Source: Hypanus sabinus
Taxonomy: Eukaryota
Length of the DNA stretch: 64,000 nt
NCBI RefSeq assembly: GCF_030144855.1
Contig: NC_082728.1
Span: 32,984,001 to 33,048,000 of the forward strand
Direction: 5' to 3'
The stretch's first letter is position 1. Each line of letters starts with the position of its first letter. A program made the position numbers and the translations under genes. This document shows, one piece after another, positions 1-11,408 of this stretch. The notes below the pieces were generated by a model. That model worked only from the letters and a program-made list of their open reading frames with translations, searched no databases and was not told the origin of the DNA.

Positions 1-275
1 CATTGTTGATGCAAAGATCATCGCCTGAGGCTCAGCAATCTCCTCCCTCGCCACCCAAAGTAATCTGGAGTACATCTTGTCCAGTCCCAGCGACTTATCC
101 AACTTGATGCTTTCCAAAAGCTCCAGCACACCCTCTTTCTTAATATCTACATGCTCAGGCTTTTCAGTCTGCTGCAAGTCATCACTACAACCACTAAGAT
201 CCTTTTCCATAGTGAATACTGAAGTAAGGTATTCATTAGTATCCTCTGCTATTTCCTCCGGTTCCATACACACTT
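1..275 (-). mobile_element. CR1 LINE ORF2 fragment
   Basis: Minus strand reads aat gaa tac ctt act tca gta ttc act atg gaa (NEYLTSVFTME), the CR1 'NEYFxSVFT' linker motif. Confidence 0.75.
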
Positions 276-281
276 TCACAC

Positions 282-436
282 TTAATTTTTGTATTTGCAC
301 GGTTTGTTGTATTCTGCACATCAGCTGACTCTCAGTTGGTGCTGTCTTTCATTGATTCTATTATGGTTATTATTCTATTACGGAGTTATTGAGATTGCCC
401 TCAAAAGGGTTGTATGGGGACATATTTGTGGATAAT
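282..436 (+). mobile_element. 3' tail of a common LINE (Rex1/Babar-like)
   Basis: Related tail occurs in reverse at ~20340-20450 and ~56640-56720; family name from recall. Confidence 0.45.
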
Positions 437-459
437 CAGATTCCTCCAAACATCAACAG

Positions 460-1400
460 CTTTCCATTTTCCTCAATTTACAAAATGTTTCGCTTTCAAC
501 TTCTTGTTCTACCTGTGGATGCCACCCCACCGTTAATTTCTACCTCGCATTCCTCTTGTCCTTTCATTCCCAGTTCAGTGAGCACGTTTCTCCTTGAAGT
601 TCCTATGCCTTTCTTATTGCTCACACACAAACAATGTGGTGAAATTGGATAAGCGGCGTGAGAGAGGAGTCCCTTTAAATCACACACCCGGACTGAAAGT
701 ACACACAGCAGCCGGGATCTTGCCTGAAAAGGAAAGCTCGGCAGAGTAGCGATAAAGAATAGAAAGAAAGCGTCACTTTTCTGTTGCGCTCTCCGTTCCC
801 CTGAGCGCTGGGTCACCTGGAGAGGGGTCCCAAAAGCTGACGAAAGGGCTGATTTCAGAGAGGGCACCAAACGCCATCAGGTGTATTGCAGCTGCTACGC
901 GCTTCATTTAAGTTTGTTATGAATTCTGTCCCAAGTCCAACAAGTTAGTCTCGATCCGACACGTTGATAATTCCTTCCCCTCCGAACCGACCCCCGAAGT
1001 TCCTCCAGCAGTTCGCTTGTTGCTTAAGCGCCCAGCATTAACCCTTTCTTGTGCCTGAAACAAGCAGTTTATTTTGTCGAAGCGTTGCCGAGAGAGAAAT
1101 GACCACTAACCGTCAACAAGGAGATGGTGTGTCCCGTAGTCCTGCAGACTTCACGCTGTTAATGCTCGTAGACAATATCCATTCTGACTGATGCCGATGG
1201 GACTTCACATTCCCATTAAAACCGGGGCGGGGGAAGACCGCTTCAACTCTTCTGCACCACTCGCTAAACTAGCGTCCTGGTAGTTTCTCTTTCACTCCAG
1301 AGAATCCGGAACAGTTTGCAATTATAAACTCTTGCAAAGGAAAACAAATCACCCTCGGCGCAATCTAATCCGTCGCTCAGAGACTTGATAATCTATCTTG
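460..1400. promoter_or_regulatory. CpG-enriched promoter/enhancer-like region with ISRE/IRF motifs
   Basis: GTTTCGCTTTC 487-497, GAAAAGGAAA 726-735, AGTTTCTCTTTC 1282-1293, GC box ggggcggg near 1224; more CpG than flanks. Confidence 0.45.
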
Positions 1401-1729
1401 TCGAAAGTACAAGTTTTAACAAACCAAGTTATTGAAATAGTATTAAATGAGAATAATTTCAAAGATGCATACCTACATCTAACTTGTTAAATATGAAGTA
1501 ATCTAATCAAACACAAAGTTCTCAGCAGCCTATTAATCACATTGCATTAGGGCTCAGCAATCATTTATTGGGTTGGGGAGCTTGGGTAACCCCCGCTACG
1601 CCAGCTACTTCACACAGTGCGGACCAGCACAGCTCAGCAGTCCTAACGCCTGTAGTTAAACAGGAGAAAGATGTGTCTCTGCTCTCAGAAATAGCGCAAT
1701 ATTCCTTTCACATGAACTGCTCAGACAGA

Positions 1730-2375
1730 TGGTATGGCCACATTAATGGGACTTTATTATAGAACACTCAACAGTCCGCGGGATTTCGAGGAAGGAGTTT
1801 GTAGAGAGGTCGCAGACAGTTGCAAATAACAAGGTTGTGATAATAGGTAATTTAAACTTTCCACATATTTAATGGGTACATCAAAGTCCCAACTGTGCGT
1901 TACTACATCACCTATTAGGGAGTGAGCAGTGCAGGTGACAGAAATTTGTGCAGGGAGACACATATTTAGTGTTCATAGTGACATCAGTTTCAAGGTAATT
2001 AGTGGAAAAGGATCGGGCTGAGATTACAAACTGGAGAAAGGCCAATTTAGATGGTATCAGAAAGAATCTGGCAAGTGTGGATAGGGACAGGCTGTTTTCT
2101 GACAAATTGTATACTTGGTAAGTGAGTGGCCTTCAAAAGTGAAATTTTGAGAGTAGAGAGTTTGTATGTTCCTGTCAGAATAAAAGGCAAGGATAACAGT
2201 TTTAGTGAACCTTGATTTTCTTGAGATATTGAGCCCCTGGTAAAGAAAAACAAGGAGGTACATAACAGACATAGGCAGGCAGGAACAAGGGAGATACTTG
2301 AGGAATAAAAGAAATGTAGGAGAACACAAGGAGGAAATCGGAGGGCTAAAAAGGACATGAGATTGCTCTAACATA
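1730..2375 (+). mobile_element. CR1 LINE ORF2, 5' part (endonuclease), interrupted by Gypsy insertion
   Basis: Decayed LYYRxxNS...VVIIGNLNF endonuclease motifs; resumes at 18270 as ..KVKENPKG.YRYIKSKR. Confidence 0.8.
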
Positions 2376-2747
2376 TGTTACACGGGGTGACAGGAGAATC
2401 CAAGTGCAGGACACCGGCATGTCCACTCAGTTGGGGAGGCTGGCGTAGACCAGAACGTAGAGGAGGAAACCAGAGCGATCTTGACAAGGAGACGGGATTC
2501 ACAGGGACTATCTAGAAACTAGAGCAGAACTTGGAACTAACTGTTCTAAACGGAACAGGGAACAAAGTATCACACGAAAATTAACCAACGAACTGGCAAC
2601 CTGTGATAGAGTCGTCCTCGTATTTATTCCCAGTCTCTGATGAAAGCCAGGTGTACGATTATTGGGTAACTAGCAGCAATTGACTGAAATTGGGGCATGA
2701 TCAGGGAGAAGAGTGTTAAAGGGAAACGGCCAACGGGAACCATGACA
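2376..2747 (-). repeat. Gypsy 3' LTR
   Basis: tgttacacgggg...ccatgaca, homologous to 17906-18269; adjacent polypurine tract. Confidence 0.93.
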
Positions 2748-2750
2748 ATA

Positions 2751-2763
2751 CCCCCCTCCCCCC
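2751..2763 (-). other. Gypsy polypurine tract
   Basis: cccccctcccccc on + strand, 3 nt inside the 3' LTR. Confidence 0.85.
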
Positions 2764-2789
2764 ATTGGGAGCCTACCAGCATTCCTCCA

Positions 2790-4654
2790 GGCCTGTCCGG
2801 ATGGTCCTGATGAAAGTCCTGAATGAGGAAAGGGTCTAGGATAAAGGAGCGGGGGACCCAGGAACGTTCTTCAGGACCGTACCCCTCCCAGTCCACCAGG
2901 TATTGGAGGCCCCTGCCCTGACGGCACACATCTAACAGTCGTCGGACAGTGTATGCCGGATGGTTGGCGATGAGCCGGGCAGGGGGAGGAGTCTCAGCTG
3001 GGGGACACAAAGGGCTGACGAAGACTGGTTTTATCTGGGACACATGAAAGGTTGGGTAAATACGCATGGACTTGTGCAGCGTGAGGAGAACCGTTTCGAT
3101 CTTGAGTGGTCCCAGGAAGTGGGGGGCGGGTTTCCTAAGTACTAGGGCGTATTTGAGCGGGCTGTCCTTGGCGGAAAGCCACATCATCCACCCCGGTTGG
3201 TACTCTGGTGCTGCAGTCCGGTGTCGGTCGGCCGTTTTTGTCGATCTGAGTAGGGCCGTGCGGGTCTCCTCCCAAACCTTCCGGCACCGATCAACATGGT
3301 CCCGAACCGACGGTACCGCGATCTCTTCTTCCTGACCGGGGAACAGCAGCGGTTGATACCCAAGGGAGCACTCGAACGGGGACCTCCCAATGGTAGAGTT
3401 CACCAGGGAGTTGTGGGAGTACTCAATCCAGGGAGATGGTCGCTCCAGGTTGACGGGCGGTTTGCTGTTACGCAGCGTAACGTTGCCTCCAGGTCCTGGT
3501 TGACCCGTTCCGTCTGCCCGTTTGTCTGGGGGTGGAAGCCGGATGACAATCTGGCCGTTGCTCCTGGGGCTCGACAGAAGGCTCTCCATACCTGCGAGAT
3601 GAACTGGGGACCCCGATCGGAGAGGATGTCCGCGGGGATTCCGTGGAGGCGGGAGATGTGATGGACTAGAAGATCTGTCGTTTCTTGCAAGGGTGGGAGC
3701 TTAGGGAGGGCCACAAAATGCACCGCCTTGGAGAATCAGTCTACCACGGTGAGGACAGTTGTGTTTCCGCGGGAAGGGGATAGACCGGTGACGAAGTCTA
3801 GAGCGACGTGGGACCAGGGACGACCAGGTACAGGTAGGGAACGGAGTAATCCCGCAGGTAGCCGATGGGAGGCTTTTCCACGGGCGCAGACGGAACATGC
3901 GGAAACATAGGAACGGGTGTCAGGGTCCATGGAGGGCCACCAGAAATGCCTCTTCAGGAGGGTCAGGGTCCGATCAATTCCGGGATGGCAGGCGAAGCGA
4001 GAAGTGTGCCCCCACTGTAGGACCTGTGATCGAACAGCATGGGGTACAAAGAGGCGATTGCGAGGTCCGGTGCCTGGGTCGGGATGCGTCCTTTGGGCCC
4101 CTGACTTTGGACCCGATCTCCCAGGTGAGGGCAACCATTACACAGAAATCCGGAAGAATGGTTTCGGAGTTGGGAAGATCCTCCTCGGCAACGTATTGGC
4201 GGGAGAGGGCATCGGGCTTCCCGTTCTTGGACCCCGGACGATAGGTGAGGGAGAACCTGAACCGGCCAAAAAATAATGCCCAACGGGCCTGGCGGGAATT
4301 CAGGCGTTTGGCGGTCTGGATATATTCATGGTTCTTGTGGTCTGTCCAGACGATAAATGGGTGTTCTGCCCCCCTCCAACCAATGCCTCCACTCTTCCAA
4401 CGCCAGTTTGACCGCTAGTAGCTCCCGGTTCCCCACTTCGTAGTTTCGTTCGGGGAGAGAAGGCGGCACGGGGATGTAGTCTCTGATCCGGGCCCGAACG
4501 TTGGGACAGTACCGCTCCCACCCCGGAGTCAGAGGCGTCAAACTCCACAATGAACTGACAGGAGGGGTTCGGTTGAATCAGAACAGGGGCAGACGTGAAA
4601 CGCCTCTTCAGTTCGGCGAATGCGGAGTCCGCCCCGGAGTTCTAAAGGAAAGGG
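2790..4654 (-). pseudogene. Gypsy pol 3' part: RNase H, integrase, chromodomain (frameshifted)
   Basis: [75 protein letters not shown], chromodomain [23 protein letters not shown]. Confidence 0.93.
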
Positions 4655-4658
4655 GTGG

Positions 4659-5007
4659 TATTGGAGTTTAAAAATATTACGGAGTATAAAACTTGTATCA
4701 TTTGCTGTGTAACTAGTCAGTTTGCTATGTATGTACTCAATTTAGTAGAATGAAATCTTAGGAAGGTAAAAGACAAATGGTGTGTTAATGGAAGGTAGCT
4801 GAAGAGATGTAGATTAGAACTGTACATGTGGTAAGTGTGAAACTGGACCAGGATTTTGCTATAAAAAATGCCGTGTCCGAGGATCGGTGGGCAATCAGCG
4901 ACTAGCTCAATGACTGTCTCAGCTTTGATTTGCAAATTAAAGTTTAACCCTTCTTGAAGAATCTTCTGCGTCTCTTGGTCATTTGTGAGGCACGAAAAAC
5001 CACGACA
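4659..5007 (+). repeat. ERV 5' LTR (349 bp)
   Basis: TATAAAA 4860-4866, ATTAAA 4936-4941, ends ..cacgaca; matches 15209-15679. Confidence 0.9.
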
Positions 5008-5011
5008 TAAT

Positions 5012-5029
5012 TGGCGACCGCTGCAGGAC
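5012..5029 (+). other. ERV primer-binding site (TGGCGACC..., tRNA identity uncertain)
   Basis: TGG start 4 nt after LTR end; TGGCGACCGCTGCAGGAC. Confidence 0.7.
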
Positions 5030-5300
5030 CGGATAGAGACCCGCGGAAAGGAAACGGCAGACTGGGGGCACTTCCCAGTCCTCTAGGGACCCCCACAAGG
5101 CTAACAGAATTAAGGGTGCACCCAAACAAAAAGTAAGCGCTTTTTGCGACAATTTGGACTAAGAATTCTGTTGGCTTTCGGGAGGTCTTGGAGTCTCAGA
5201 AGTGTGGAACCACTGCCGAAGGGTCTCTCCGGTCCACAGAATCTGGCAGAATTGGGGGTTAACAGAGGAGGCTCAGAGGATTGATCAAGAACACTGCAGT

Positions 5301-5310
5301 GAAGGTAAGT
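5301..5310 (+). promoter_or_regulatory. Candidate ERV major splice donor
   Basis: GAAG|GTAAGT consensus in the leader upstream of gag. Confidence 0.5.
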
Positions 5311-5851
5311 ACAAAAAAGTTAATAAGAAGTTAAGAAAAAGTCCACGTGGTGTTGGTCAATCCCTGTGGGTACCGCTTCGTATGAAACGAAGGGCTGAAC
5401 GGGCAGGGAAAGTAGAATAGAAAATCCTCGTGGATACCGCCTTAAGAGATAAGGGTCTGAACGGCCGAGGTGTTTAGAGTAGAAAATCCTCGTGGATACC
5501 TCCTTAAGAGATAAGGGTCTGAACGGGCGAGGTGCAAAGAGCAAGTTCTGTAGGTACCGCTCTGATTAGAGGTCTGCACGGGCAGGACAGAATAGGAAAC
5601 AAGTTCAGTCCAATATATAGTTAAAAGCGCTGGTAGATAGACAATAGACTAGGCATAGAATTAGAGTAAGTTAAGAAAAAGTCCATGTGGTGTTAACCTA
5701 GGAAGAAAAAGTCCACATGGTGTGTAGAATTAGAGTGAATTTAGTGAAGAAAAAGTCCACGTGGTGTTAGACTAGGCGCAGAATTAGAGTAAGTAATATT
5801 ATCCAGTAAACAAACTGTGAATCTCTGAAATACCTTAAAAAGATAGAATAC

Positions 5852-7979
5852 ATGACAGGTAAAGGAACGGCAGTAGAGATTCTGAGCAAAAAAATTCCCG
5901 TTAATTAATAATGAGATCACAAAAACTTCAGAAAAATGGGGAAAAAAGAACCAATAACCTGGTCACAAAGTGGCCAAGAGAAGGAACGTTTGATGTAAGT
6001 TTGTGCGAAGAAATGGGGGGACTAATTAAAAATTACAAACCTAAAGATAAATCTAAGAAAAGAGAGCAAAAAAGAGAACGAGAAATGGAAGTGCTAAAAC
6101 TCTTCAGAACGGAGGGGGAAAGGCTGAGGAGGACAGGTAGAATATTGATTACAAGCGAGGAAGACACTAAGGTGCTGGAGAAACAGCCTGTTAAAGAGAG
6201 AGAAGGGTGCGGTGAGAAGCTGGCTTCGGCTCCGTACCCGGATGCGAAAGAAACAGAAAAACCCCCTCCCTATAATGAGGAAGGAACCCCTAAGCAGTGC
6301 CCCCTGCTGACAGTGACAGTAACCATGCAGGGAGAAGTCCAAGTTTGGGATAATGAGGAGGAGAAAAAACAATACGAGAAGGAAAAAGCGGCGATATGGA
6401 AGGAGATACAGGCAGAAAAGATGAAGATAGAACAGGTACAGAGAGAAATGGGAGAAGAGATTGAACGGATGAAATACTTAAAAGAGGAAAAGGAGTATGA
6501 GGAGTATTGGTTATACTATAGAAATAAACAGAGAAGGTAACTCATTGGAGGAACAAGAGTTAAGTGGAGAGAGAGAGGATGTGAGAATTTGTGGGGAAGA
6601 GATAGGAGGCAGTAGGGGAGCGACTTGTGGAAGTAGAGAGAGAGCCAGATAAGTTACTGAGAGTGGATTGCCAGATGTGAAAAATACTCCAGGGGCCAAC
6701 CAAGTATTGAATCAGGACAGAAAGGAAGGACTCCACAGGGAGACCGACGGAAGAAGAGAACCGCGGAGACATTTGTGTGGGAGGCAGTAAAGATATACCC
6801 TGAGACAGATGGGGAGTCAGGTGAGGAGGTGAGCCAGGGCAGTTGGGAAGAAGGAGGAAGAATGATGCCATTGTTAGTAAAAGGATCAGGACAAGTGCAG
6901 TACATCCCTTGGGGATCCCAGGACCTAGAAGGGCTGAAAAACACTCTGCCGATCTACATGAAGGAGCAGGGAAAATGGATTAGAGCCTTTGAAGAAGAAA
7001 CAGCGGGACGATTATTGGCTATGGGAGATTTGAAGGCACTGTTGATAAGGTTGATGGGAACCTCCAAATTTAACGAACTAATGGAAATGGCTGGCATAGT
7101 AAACTCAAACGACCCGAGCACCGATGGAGACGGGTTTGACAGAGTGAGGCAGAGGGTATGGCAGGCCCTCAGAAAGTTTTATCCACCCAAAGTGGACCCC
7201 AAAGCCTTAAAAGGGGATCCACTGGGAGACATTGAAAACCCAGCAGCCTACGTAGAAAACCAGTTGAAAAGGTGGAGACTGGAGACTGAGCAAGAGCTTA
7301 TTTATGACCTCACTGTTCCGACATAGCATTTTGGATGCAATGCCTTCACAAGTAAAATCCAAACTGGAGGAAGTGGTTGGGCTAACGTCAAAGACCCCAC
7401 AAGAATTTAGAGACCACGTAGTCCATGCGGTTGAGAAATACCAGAAAGACAAACGAAGGTTGGCTGAGCAGCAGGAAGAGGTGCAAAGAAAGTTAATACA
7501 AATGCAGCTTGAAGAACTCAAAAAGAAGGAAAAAGAGAAAAGCAAAAAGATGCTGCCAGCAACCACTGGTCCGAGTACAGCCATTGAACTGGACAAAGCA
7601 CTGCTATATGGGGGAACTGATCATACTGTAAGACAAGGGCTGGAAAACCCCATGCCAATAATCGTCTTTGGCGGAGCATTCCCACAAATGCCCTATCAGG
7701 AACAGACTAAATTCAAACAGCCCAGACAGGACTGGAAGTTCCAAGGAGGGGGACAGAGAAGCTATGGGGTAAAGGGGACCAGTGAGGAAACAGGGGGAAA
7801 GAGAAGTAGAGAGATTGTGCTGGGAATGTAATCAGCCAGGTCACATGAAAAGAGATTGTCCGTTTATACTATGGCCTGTCACACACCAGCAGGAACCGAT
7901 AAGAAGGGAACTAAAGTTTAGCCAAGGACCAGCCCCCACAGGCCCAAGCGGACCTGTGAACCCCTATGCGAGGTATTAG
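5852..7979 (+). pseudogene. gag: ERV gag (frameshifted)
   Basis: ORF pieces 5911-6540, 6775-7326, 7304-7831, 7782-7979; capsid-like YIPWGSQDL..KWIRAFEEET..GDLKALL; zinc knuckle CWECNQPGHMKRDC. Confidence 0.88.
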
Positions 7980-8330
7980 GGGTGCCCAGAGAACTTGAGT
8001 GGGAAGGGACATTACCCAATGATAACAAGGGAGGCAGATGAGGAACCCATTGTTCAGGTTATGTTAGAAGGACAACTGACACCAATGCTGATAGATACTG
8101 GAGCCATGTACACTTGTGTACAGCCACAGTATGCCCTTCACCTTCCCATGTCAAGAAAGTTTATTAAGACGGTATGGTCTCGGGGAAAACACAGTTGACA
8201 CAGTGCACGGCTCCACTGCGGTTGAGAATGGGAAATAAAATTGTTTTGCCGGTGCTAGTATTTAAAGGAACTCCAATTAATTTGTTAGGCAGAGATGCCT
8301 TATTGAATTGGAATTAAAATTAGAATGCAC
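7980..8330 (+). pseudogene. pro: ERV aspartic protease
   Basis: MLIDTGA and NLLGRD motifs; in frame after gag TAG; two frameshifts. Confidence 0.88.
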
Positions 8331-8400
8331 CAGAAATGGGCTGAGTGTGGGAAGAGCAGGGGCTCAATTGATAGTGCGAGAAGACAAGAAGGCTAATGTC

Positions 8401-8850
8401 TTTTGGATAGGAGACATCGCAGATCAGATTCAGGAATCCTGGGAAAAATGGAAAAAGGGCGTGCAGGCTATATTACCCCCGGCTGTAATGCCCAAATCTG
8501 AGCTACATTGTACAGTGATCGTTGACGAGACTCAGAACGGGGAGTTAGAGGAGAAATGGCACCTAGAGGCGTGTACCCAGCAGCGCCTGGAAGGGGAGGC
8601 TGTGATAATTGGAAAGCAAGGGGCAGCTTTACAAGTTAAGTGGAACACCTTTTTAGAAAAATGGTACAGGATACCGGAGGCTGCGCCCCACGTAACGTTG
8701 TTGGTAAACATGGGATATCAGTCTAAAGACTTAGGACCCTTAGTTAAGAGTGCTGAAACCGTAACAGTGTGGAGGAAAATCACGCCAGAGGTGTGGATAT
8801 CAGAAGACAACAATTGTATTAAAATAATGGTAAGTGTAGATATGGTAGGG
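8401..8850 (+). CDS. 2H phosphoesterase (CNPase-like) domain inserted in ERV pol between PR and RT
   Basis: Two HxT motifs ELHCTV (His 8506-8508) and APHVTL (His 8689-8691), 61 aa apart, inside uninterrupted ORF 8308-9192. Confidence 0.75.
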
Positions 8851-8929
8851 ACAGTGAGAGAGGTCGAAACAACTCCCCAACCACACCTGCCCTTGCTGGG
8901 AAAGGAAAGAGGCCAGCAGAAAGATAAAA

Positions 8930-11408
8930 GGTTAGATGAGTTGCCATCTATTCTGTGGCCACAGCATGACACGGACGTAGGGAAAATAAAAACAGCGAGT
9001 CCGGTGGAAGTAAGGCTGAAAAGGGGAGCAATTCCACCCCGGAGACCACAATACCCTCTAAGTCCAGAAGCAGAAGAGGGAATAGCATCGACAGTGCAGG
9101 GGTTGCTTGAAATAGGAGTGCTTAAAAGAAGCACTCCATGCAATAAAAAGTCCATGGAATACCCCGTTGCTGCTGGTTTTAAAAGCAGATAAATCTAAGT
9201 GGAGATTGGTGCATGATTTGCGAGCGGTAAATGATGTGGTAGAGGACTGGCCAGCGGTAGTCCCCAACCCACACACGCTTTTGACTAATGTTCCACCAGA
9301 AGCAAGTTACTTTTCAGTGATTGATTTGTGTTCGGCTTTCTTCAGCATTCCTGTAGCCCACCAGTGTCAGTATTTGTTTGCATTTACTTACAGAGGTGCT
9401 CAGTATACCTATACCAGAATGCCGCAAGGATTTAAACATTCACCACACGTTTTTAATCAGGTATTGAAGGCAGACCTGGAGGGTATGCCATTGGAAAGTA
9501 CATTGTTACAGTATGTTGATGACCTGTTGATTTGCTCCCACAGTAAGGAACAGTGTGAGCAGGACACTATAACTCTGTTAGAGAAGCTAGCGCACGGAGG
9601 ACATAAAGTATCCAGAAAGAAACTGCAATTTTGCACACAGCAAGTGGAATACTTAGGCAGGGTAATATCCAAGGGAGTGAAGGCGATAGCACCAGATCAG
9701 ATTGAGGCAATAACTAAGGCCGCCAAACCCCAGACTGTAGGGCAGATGATGACGTTTTTGGGAATGGCAGGGTACAGCTCAGATTGGATAGGAGAATATA
9801 CCGAGATTGTGGCACCTTTAAGAAAGATAATGAAAGAAGCAGGACATACAAATTTGAAGAATGGCTTACAGTGGAATGGAGAGGCAGAGACAGCTTTCAA
9901 TACTATTAAGCAGGAATTGCAGTCAGCACCAGCATTAGCTTTGCCTGACTACGAGAAGGTTTTTTATTTGTATGTATCCAACCGACAGGAGGGTTATGTT
10001 ACAGCAGTTCTAACACAAGAGACAGGCACAGGAAAAGCAAAGCAGCCGATAGCATACTACATACAGTACGATACTAGATGAGGTGGCTCAGGGGTATCCA
10101 CCCTTTTATCAGGGATTGGCGTCGCTGTACTATGCATATGAAAAGGCATCATCTGTAACCCTGGGCTAGCCTGTGACTCTGTACACACACCACAATGTAG
10201 CAGAATTACTAGAAAGAGGGAAATTTGTGTTAACGCCAGCTAGGATAGCAGTGTATCAGATGCTATTGACATTTCCAGATATAACTATACAGAGATGCAC
10301 TACCAGTAATATAGCCGATTTTGTCCCTTTAGACTATGAAGGAGAACCCCATGATTGTGTAGGGAAGACGATGGCATTTGCCAAATTAAGAGCAGATTTA
10401 CGATCAGAACCAGTAGAGGATGCAGATAAAAAGGTTCTTTTCGTAGATGGCTCTTGTTATAGGGATTATGATGGAAATCACGCAGGGTTCTCAGTCGTGC
10501 AGCAGGATCAGTCGAGCTATAAGATTATTAGGATGGAGTCCTGTCCCCAACCGTGTTCCGCCCAACTAGCGGAAATCAAAGCCCTGATAGCTGCGTGTGA
10601 AATGATGGAAGGTGAGAAAGTAGACACCTATACTGATTCGGCATATGCTCATAAAGTATGCCATTTGTTCGGGGCAGTGTGGAAGCAGAGAGGTTTTAAA
10701 AAAAAGAAGCGGAGATCCCATACAACATTGTCCGCAAATTCTAGACTTAATAAAAGCCATAATGAAACCTAAAGCATTGGCTATAGTAAAATGCCAGGCA
10801 CATTAAAAGGGAAACGATGTAATAACAAAGGGAAATCAAGCTGTGAAGCCTAACTCCAGAACCTGAGGTAGAGGACCTGATTGAAATACAAGGTAAGGCA
10901 ACTTTGGCAGAACAGACAATGTGGAGAAAAAGGGGGGCCAAGCAGAACCCGGAAGGCTTGTGGAGCACGGAAGATGGTTTGTTGGTAGCGCCCACCCCGC
11001 TCCTGACGATTCTGATTTCAGAGGCGCATGGGATGGACCATTGTGCAAGGGAGGGAAGTGATAAAGAAAATAAAGAAGGATGGTTTTTGGTCACCTTATT
11101 TACAGGCTTCAGTGGACTTTTTCTTGTCACAGTGTGAGGTATGCGCACAGAATAATGTTCGAAAGGGAATTACAACCCCAATAGGCCACATTCCTGTACC
11201 TGAAGGACCATTTAAACATCTAGTGGTCGATTACGTAGACATGATAAAGACAGTGAGAGGGAAAAGATACATGCTGGTAGTAATTGATTGATTTAGCAGA
11301 TGGGTGGAGGCGGTACCTTCAAAAGATCAAGGGGCAAAGACGGTGGTAAGATTTCTGACAAATGAAGTGATCCCAAGGTTTGGAATACCTACAGAAGTTA
11401 GCTTAAAC
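8930..11408 (+). pseudogene. pol: ERV RT, RNase H and integrase N-terminal half
   Basis: PQYPLS, LVHDLRAVN, VIDLCSAFFSIP, MPQGFKHSP, YVDD, FVDGS, YTDSAY, HGMDH..CEVC, GPFKHLVVDYVDM. Confidence 0.93.

Noticed and set aside
496-877. ORF 496-870 and ATG at 877 as first exon of a second B7 gene
   Set aside because: No recognisable domain; MAFGALSEISPFVSFWDPSP is not a convincing signal peptide
5333-5768. Interspaced ~22-bp repeats as CRISPR-like
   Set aside because: Irregular spacing, inside a retroviral leader
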